A stretch of DNA of 64,000 nt from Vicinamibacteria bacterium (GTDB lineage Bacteria > Acidobacteriota > Vicinamibacteria > Marinacidobacterales > Marinacidobacteraceae). A program made the translations under genes and the position numbers. The stretch is from contig OY821641.1 in NCBI GenBank assembly GCA_963555995.3, forward strand, positions 1,984,001 through 2,048,000. Direction: 5' to 3'. Below are positions 59,715 to 64,000 of the stretch, in pieces (the first letter of the stretch is position 1; every line of letters starts with the position of its first letter). The notes beneath the pieces were generated by a model, which saw only the letters and a list, made by a program, of their open reading frames with translations, was not told the origin of the DNA and did no database searches.

Positions 59715-60329
59715 TCACGGCGACTCCAGCGTTCCGCGCAGGACTTGCGGGGACTTGCCGGTCATGTCCACGATGGCGGAAGGTTCGCCGCCCGGCGTCC
59801 GGCCTCCGTCGAGGATGCGGAGGTTTTCGGCGCCGCGGCCGGCGAAGGCGGCGCGCACCTCGGCGGCGGTGGTGAGCGGGGGAGCGCCAGTCGGATTGGC
59901 GCTGGTCGAGATCACCGGATGGCCGAGCGCCGCGGCGAGCGCCCGGGCGAGCGGATGGGAACTCACCCGCACCGCCACGGTGTCCCCGCCCGGGGCGCGG
60001 AGGGGCAGCACCAGGGTGACCGGACCCGGCCAGCACCGGTCCGCGAGGGCGGCCGCCGGTTCGAGGAGGACGCAGACCGCCTCCACCTGCGCCCGGCTGG
60101 CGGCGATCCAGGGGAGCCGGCGGTCGCCCGGGCGACCCTTGAGCCGGAATACCTCGGCCACCCCCGCGGGCGAGCGCGGGTCCGCGCCGAGGGCGTAGAA
60201 GGTCTCGGTGGGGAAGGCCACCACGGCTCCCGCCCGCAACTCCGCGGCCATCCGGCGTAGTTCGCCCGTCTGCTCTTCGGGCAGGGAGTCGGGCACGAGC
60301 GAGCGCCCGCTGCGGTCGGGAAGACCCAT
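59715..60329 (-). CDS. tsaC: L-threonylcarbamoyladenylate synthase (YrdC/Sua5)
   Basis: AFPTETFYALG, LKGR, WPGPVT, STSAN, PSAIVD. Confidence 0.9.
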   Translation of the reverse strand: MGLPDRSGRSLVPDSLPEEQTGELRRMAAELRAGAVVAFPTETFYALGADPRSPAGVAEVFRLKGRPGDRRLPWIAASRAQVEAVCVLLEPAAALADRCWPGPVTLVLPLRAPGGDTVAVRVSSHPLARALAAALGHPVISTSANPTGAPPLTTAAEVRAAFAGRGAENLRILDGGRTPGGEPSAIVDMTGKSPQVLRGTLESP

Positions 60330-60337
60330 CCCGCGGC

Positions 60338-61291
60338 TCAGGAACCGCCCCGCCGGGCGCGCGGATGGTGCTGGTCGTACACCCGGCGCAGCCGCTCCTC
60401 GGTGACGTGGGTGTAGATCTGGGTGGTCGAGATCGAGGCGTGGCCGAGCATCTGCTGCAAGCTCCGGAGGTCCGCCCCGCGCTCGAGCAGGTGCGTCGCG
60501 AACGAGTGCCGCAACACGTGGGGCGAGAAACGGCGCGGGATGCCCGCCTGTTCGCCGCGGGTCCTGACGATCTGCCAGAACCGCTGCCGGGTCATGGCGC
60601 CGCCGCGGGCGGTGACGAACAGCGACGACGAACCGCCCTTCGGGGTGCCCGCTCCCAGGACCCGCGGGCGGCCCTCCGCCATCCACACGTCCAGGGTTGC
60701 CGCCGCGACGTCGCCGTAGGGGACGATGCGCGCCTTGTCTCCCTTGCCGATCACGGTGACGTAGCCCGGCCGCTCGTCGCGGGCCGCGACCACGTCGGTG
60801 GTCCGGAGACCCACCAGTTCGGACACCCGGAGGCCGGTGGCGTAGAGCATCTCGAGCATCGCCCGGTCGCGGAGTCCCAGCGGCGAGTCGTCGGGCGCGG
60901 CGAGCAGCCGCTCGACCTCGTCCGGCGACAGGTAGCGGGGGAGCCCCGGGAGCGCCCGCGCCACCGTGATTCCCTCGGTGGGGTCCCGCTCGATGAGCCC
61001 CTCGGCCTGCCAGAAGGCGTAGGCGCCGCGGACCGCGGAGGTGATCCGCTGGATCGAGCGGAACGCGAGGCCGCGGCGGTGGAGATGCGTCAGGAAACGC
61101 TGGAGGTCCCCGGTGTCGAGTGCGGCGAGCGGCCGCTTGCCGCTGAACTCGTCCAGCTTGCCGAGGTCGCGGCGGTAGGCATCGAGCGTGTTCGCCGAGA
61201 GACGGCGCTCGACGCGGAGGTGGTTCAGGAACTCCTCCACGTGCGGGTCCGGGCGGCGCGTCCCGCCGGGGTTCCCGCCGGCGCCGCTCAT
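60338..61291 (-). CDS. xerD: Site-specific tyrosine recombinase XerD
   Basis: LS.NTLDAYRRDL, RDRAMLEMLYATGLRVSEL, GKGDK, TRQ.FW, PHVLRHSFATHLLE.GADLR..Q.MLGH..ISTTQIYTHV. Confidence 0.93.
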   Translation of the reverse strand: MSGAGGNPGGTRRPDPHVEEFLNHLRVERRLSANTLDAYRRDLGKLDEFSGKRPLAALDTGDLQRFLTHLHRRGLAFRSIQRITSAVRGAYAFWQAEGLIERDPTEGITVARALPGLPRYLSPDEVERLLAAPDDSPLGLRDRAMLEMLYATGLRVSELVGLRTTDVVAARDERPGYVTVIGKGDKARIVPYGDVAAATLDVWMAEGRPRVLGAGTPKGGSSSLFVTARGGAMTRQRFWQIVRTRGEQAGIPRRFSPHVLRHSFATHLLERGADLRSLQQMLGHASISTTQIYTHVTEERLRRVYDQHHPRARRGGS

Positions 61292-63009
61292 CGGCCCGGT
61301 CCTCCACGCCGCCCGCCGCCGAGGCCGAACCGCTCTCCCAGCGCGGCGAGCGCGTCCCGGAGCGGCTCCCATTCGCGCGGCGCCAACAGCCGCGCCGCGA
61401 ACCCGAAGGCCAGTCCTCCGGCGGCGGTCGCCAGCAGGGTGATCGCCGCCGTCGCCCAGGCGCCCGGCCCGAGACGCTCACCGGCGACCTGCACGAGCAG
61501 CCACGCCACGCCGCCAGTGGCCGCCGCCACCGGCAGGGCGCGGAGGCCGGCTCCGGCAACCTCCCCGAACAGGACGCGCGCCCGCGACCGTCCGGATGCG
61601 TCCGCACCCAGCCTGCCGGCCAGCAGCGCCGAGAGGAGCGCCGCGGAGAACCAGGCCACGCAGACGGTCGCGAGCGGCAGTCCCAGATGGCCGTACCCCG
61701 CGACGACGACGAAACTCCGGGTCGCGATCCAGGTCACCACCGTCCCGATCGCCGCGACCAGGAGCGGCGGGCGGGTGCTGCCGAGCGCGAAGAAGGCGTC
61801 GGAGAGGAGCTTGGTCGCCCCGAAGGCGGGAAGGCCCAACGCGAAGATGGAGAGCACCAGGGACACCTGCCGGGCGTCTTCCGGGCTGAACGCGCCCCGC
61901 TGGTAGATGAGCGCCACGAACGGCGCGGCGATCCCGATGAGGCCGGCCGCGGCGGCGAGCGTCAGCAGCAGCATGAGCCGGCCGGACTGTCCGAGCACCC
62001 GCCCGAATCCCTCCCGGTCGTCCCGGCCGGCGGCCCGCGTGAGCGCCGGCAGCGTGGCGCTCGACAGCGCGACTCCGATCAGCCCCGCGGGAAGCTGCAC
62101 CAGGCGGTAGGCCATCGTGAACCAGGCGAGCCACGAGGTCCCCGCGGACGCGAAGTGCCGCGAGATGATGACGTTGATCTGGAGCGTTCCGGCGGCCGCC
62201 GCCGCCGGGGCGAAGAGGCGGCACACCCGCCGAAAGGCCGGATCGGCAACCGTCTCGCGCATCCCGCCGGTGGGGACCGGGCGGTAGCCGTCCCGGCGGA
62301 ACCAGCGCCACTGCATCAGCAGTTGGACGAGTCCTCCGAGCGGCACCCCGAGCGCGAGTCCCGCCATCGGGTGGATCCCCAACCGGGGAGCGGCGAGGAA
62401 TCCCAGCACCGCGAAGACGATGGTGGTGACGTTGAAGAACGACGACGCCACCGCCGGCAGGAAGAAGGAGTTCCGGGCCTGCAGGCCGCCCATGAAGAGC
62501 GACGCGAGCGACGCGCAGGCGATGAACGGGAACATGATCCGGGTCAGCCCGACGGCCAGCTCCCGCGGCGTCTCGACGCCGAACCGTAGGGACTCGGGGA
62601 GCGGCGTGTCGAAGGCCCCCCGCGAGAACACGAGGTCCACCAGTTGCGGCGCGAACACCACGCCGGCCACGGTGACCAGGAGGCTCACCGGGAGCAGGAC
62701 CCGGAGGACCCGCCCCAGGAGCCGGTGCGCGGCCTCCCTGCCGTCCCCCTGGTCCACGGCCGCGAAGGTGGCGACGAACGCCTTGGAGAGCGCGCCCTCG
62801 GCGAGCATCTCCCGGAGGGTGTTGGGGAACGTATAGGCCGCGTAGAAGGCGTCGAGCAGCGGCGTCGAGAACAGGAAAGCGAGCGTCTGCTCGCGCACCA
62901 GACCGGTGAGACGCGAGAAGACCACGCCGAGGCTCACGGAGCCCGCGCGGCGCGCCAGGTACCGCTCGTCGCCGGAGCCGGACGGAGGCGGGTTGCCGTC
63001 TCTTGGCAC
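61288..63009 (-). CDS. murJ: Lipid II flippase MurJ
   Basis: SR.TGLVRE, DAF..A..FPN.LR...AEGA, RIMFP, RL.QLP, YQRGAF. Confidence 0.93.
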   Translation of the reverse strand: MPRDGNPPPSGSGDERYLARRAGSVSLGVVFSRLTGLVREQTLAFLFSTPLLDAFYAAYTFPNTLREMLAEGALSKAFVATFAAVDQGDGREAAHRLLGRVLRVLLPVSLLVTVAGVVFAPQLVDLVFSRGAFDTPLPESLRFGVETPRELAVGLTRIMFPFIACASLASLFMGGLQARNSFFLPAVASSFFNVTTIVFAVLGFLAAPRLGIHPMAGLALGVPLGGLVQLLMQWRWFRRDGYRPVPTGGMRETVADPAFRRVCRLFAPAAAAAGTLQINVIISRHFASAGTSWLAWFTMAYRLVQLPAGLIGVALSSATLPALTRAAGRDDREGFGRVLGQSGRLMLLLTLAAAAGLIGIAAPFVALIYQRGAFSPEDARQVSLVLSIFALGLPAFGATKLLSDAFFALGSTRPPLLVAAIGTVVTWIATRSFVVVAGYGHLGLPLATVCVAWFSAALLSALLAGRLGADASGRSRARVLFGEVAGAGLRALPVAAATGGVAWLLVQVAGERLGPGAWATAAITLLATAAGGLAFGFAARLLAPREWEPLRDALAALGERFGLGGGRRGGPGR

Positions 63010-63186
63010 GGGGACAGGGTAGCGGAGGGGGGGAGCGCCGGTCTTCGCACAGCCCGCCGAACCGGCACAGCCCGCCGAAGGCGGGCGGCGCGACGGAGCT
63101 GGTTCGCCCGGATGGCTCGGCTGCGCCCGTCAATGCGCCCGGAGTAGCGACGAACCGCCCACGGGGCCGCTATGCCGGCTGAGCCG

Positions 63187-63415
63187 GCCCGGTTGCTGTG
63201 AAAATGCAGTCTCGCCGAGACGTCCGTTAGCGGAAGTTGCGCCACCGGCTGGGAGCGCCGGTCTTCAGACCGGCATCGCGGGCCGAAGGCCCGCGGATGT
63301 CGTGTCACCGTTCGCGTTGATGAATCGAAAACAGAACGCCACCGCGCAGGTCGGCGTCGTGCGTTGCGCTGCGCTCTGGCGCAGCGCGTGCCGGTCTGAA
63401 GACCGGCGCTCCCAG
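63187..63415. repeat. Composite REPIN-like element
   Basis: CCGGTTGCTGTGAAAATGCAG leader plus inverted REP pair at 63250-63413. Confidence 0.75.
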
Positions 63416-63493
63416 CCGGCACGCCATCCCGACCACCGGACCGAACGCAGCTCCACTGCCGTACCGCTCGCGTGGAGTAGCATTTCCCGCGAT

Positions 63494-64000
63494 TTGAACG
63501 CGCCGGCAGACCTTCCCCCGCCGGTCGCGAGGACCGGCCGGCTCGCGGCGCTGCTCCTCGGCTGCCCAGGACCACAAGTTCCGGCTCGCGGCGACCCCGG
63601 CGGGCTGCCCAGGACCACAAGTTCCGGCTGTTCGCCGGGGCCGGGCTCCAGTTCTTCGCGCGCCCCGAGTTGAGTCCCGGGCGCGGCGCGGGGCTCGGCG
63701 GCACCGCGTCCTTTCGCGCCACCGAGAACATCTCCATCGCCACCGGGGTCTTCTTCGGGCGCTCCAACCGGCGCTACACGGCCGCCAACGAGCCGGTGGA
63801 AGACGTGATCGCGGAACCGGCGTACCAGTTCCGGACGAACCGCTACCACCTCGACGGATCGCTCGTGTACCACCTCGGACGCCGCCAGCCCTTCCAGATG
63901 TACTTCGTCGCCGGGGGCGGGATCGTGAGGCGGGATGAACTGCGCGAGGACTTCATCTACGAGACGACCGATCCCGGGGAAGACGACCAGTCGGGGTCCT
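63494..64000 (+). CDS. Probable outer-membrane beta-barrel protein (partial; 5' frame disturbed)
   Basis: Open frame AAQDHKFRLFAGAGLQFF...YHLDGSLVYHL..QPFQMYFVAGGG runs to the window end; the signal-peptide-like segment lies in another frame. Confidence 0.55.

Noticed and set aside
60338-61291. Tyrosine recombinase as a phage or island integrase
   Set aside because: XerD-specific motifs and a housekeeping context (murJ, tsaC); no att site, tRNA or phage genes.

Overview
High-GC bacterial chromosomal window. A GWxTD protein, an Oar-type TonB-dependent receptor, and an HlyD/ABC-ATPase pair with no permease suggest Acidobacteriota (inference). It is rich in secreted peptidases and amino-acid catabolism genes (IDO, Thr dehydratase, P5C dehydrogenase, M28, M20, M19, S12, two S9). 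It also carries housekeeping genes (PBP1A, LemA/TPM, Lon, DnaJ/CbpA, TsaC, XerD, MurJ), four toxin-antitoxin loci, an IS256-scarred island and many short palindromic repeats. The main finding is a complete IS110 element (about 43146-45132) inserted exactly at the end of a REP unit. Its upstream non-coding region holds all four predicted bridge-RNA guides, matching both the reconstructed REP target and the element's own circle junction. Other notable features: a 181-bp TA-flanked MITE family (one copy interrupts a HEPN gene in frame; a relative has the same core between different termini) and a triplicated coiled-coil gene with a variable number of 33-bp repeats. All calls come from reading the sequence by eye; no database searches were run.
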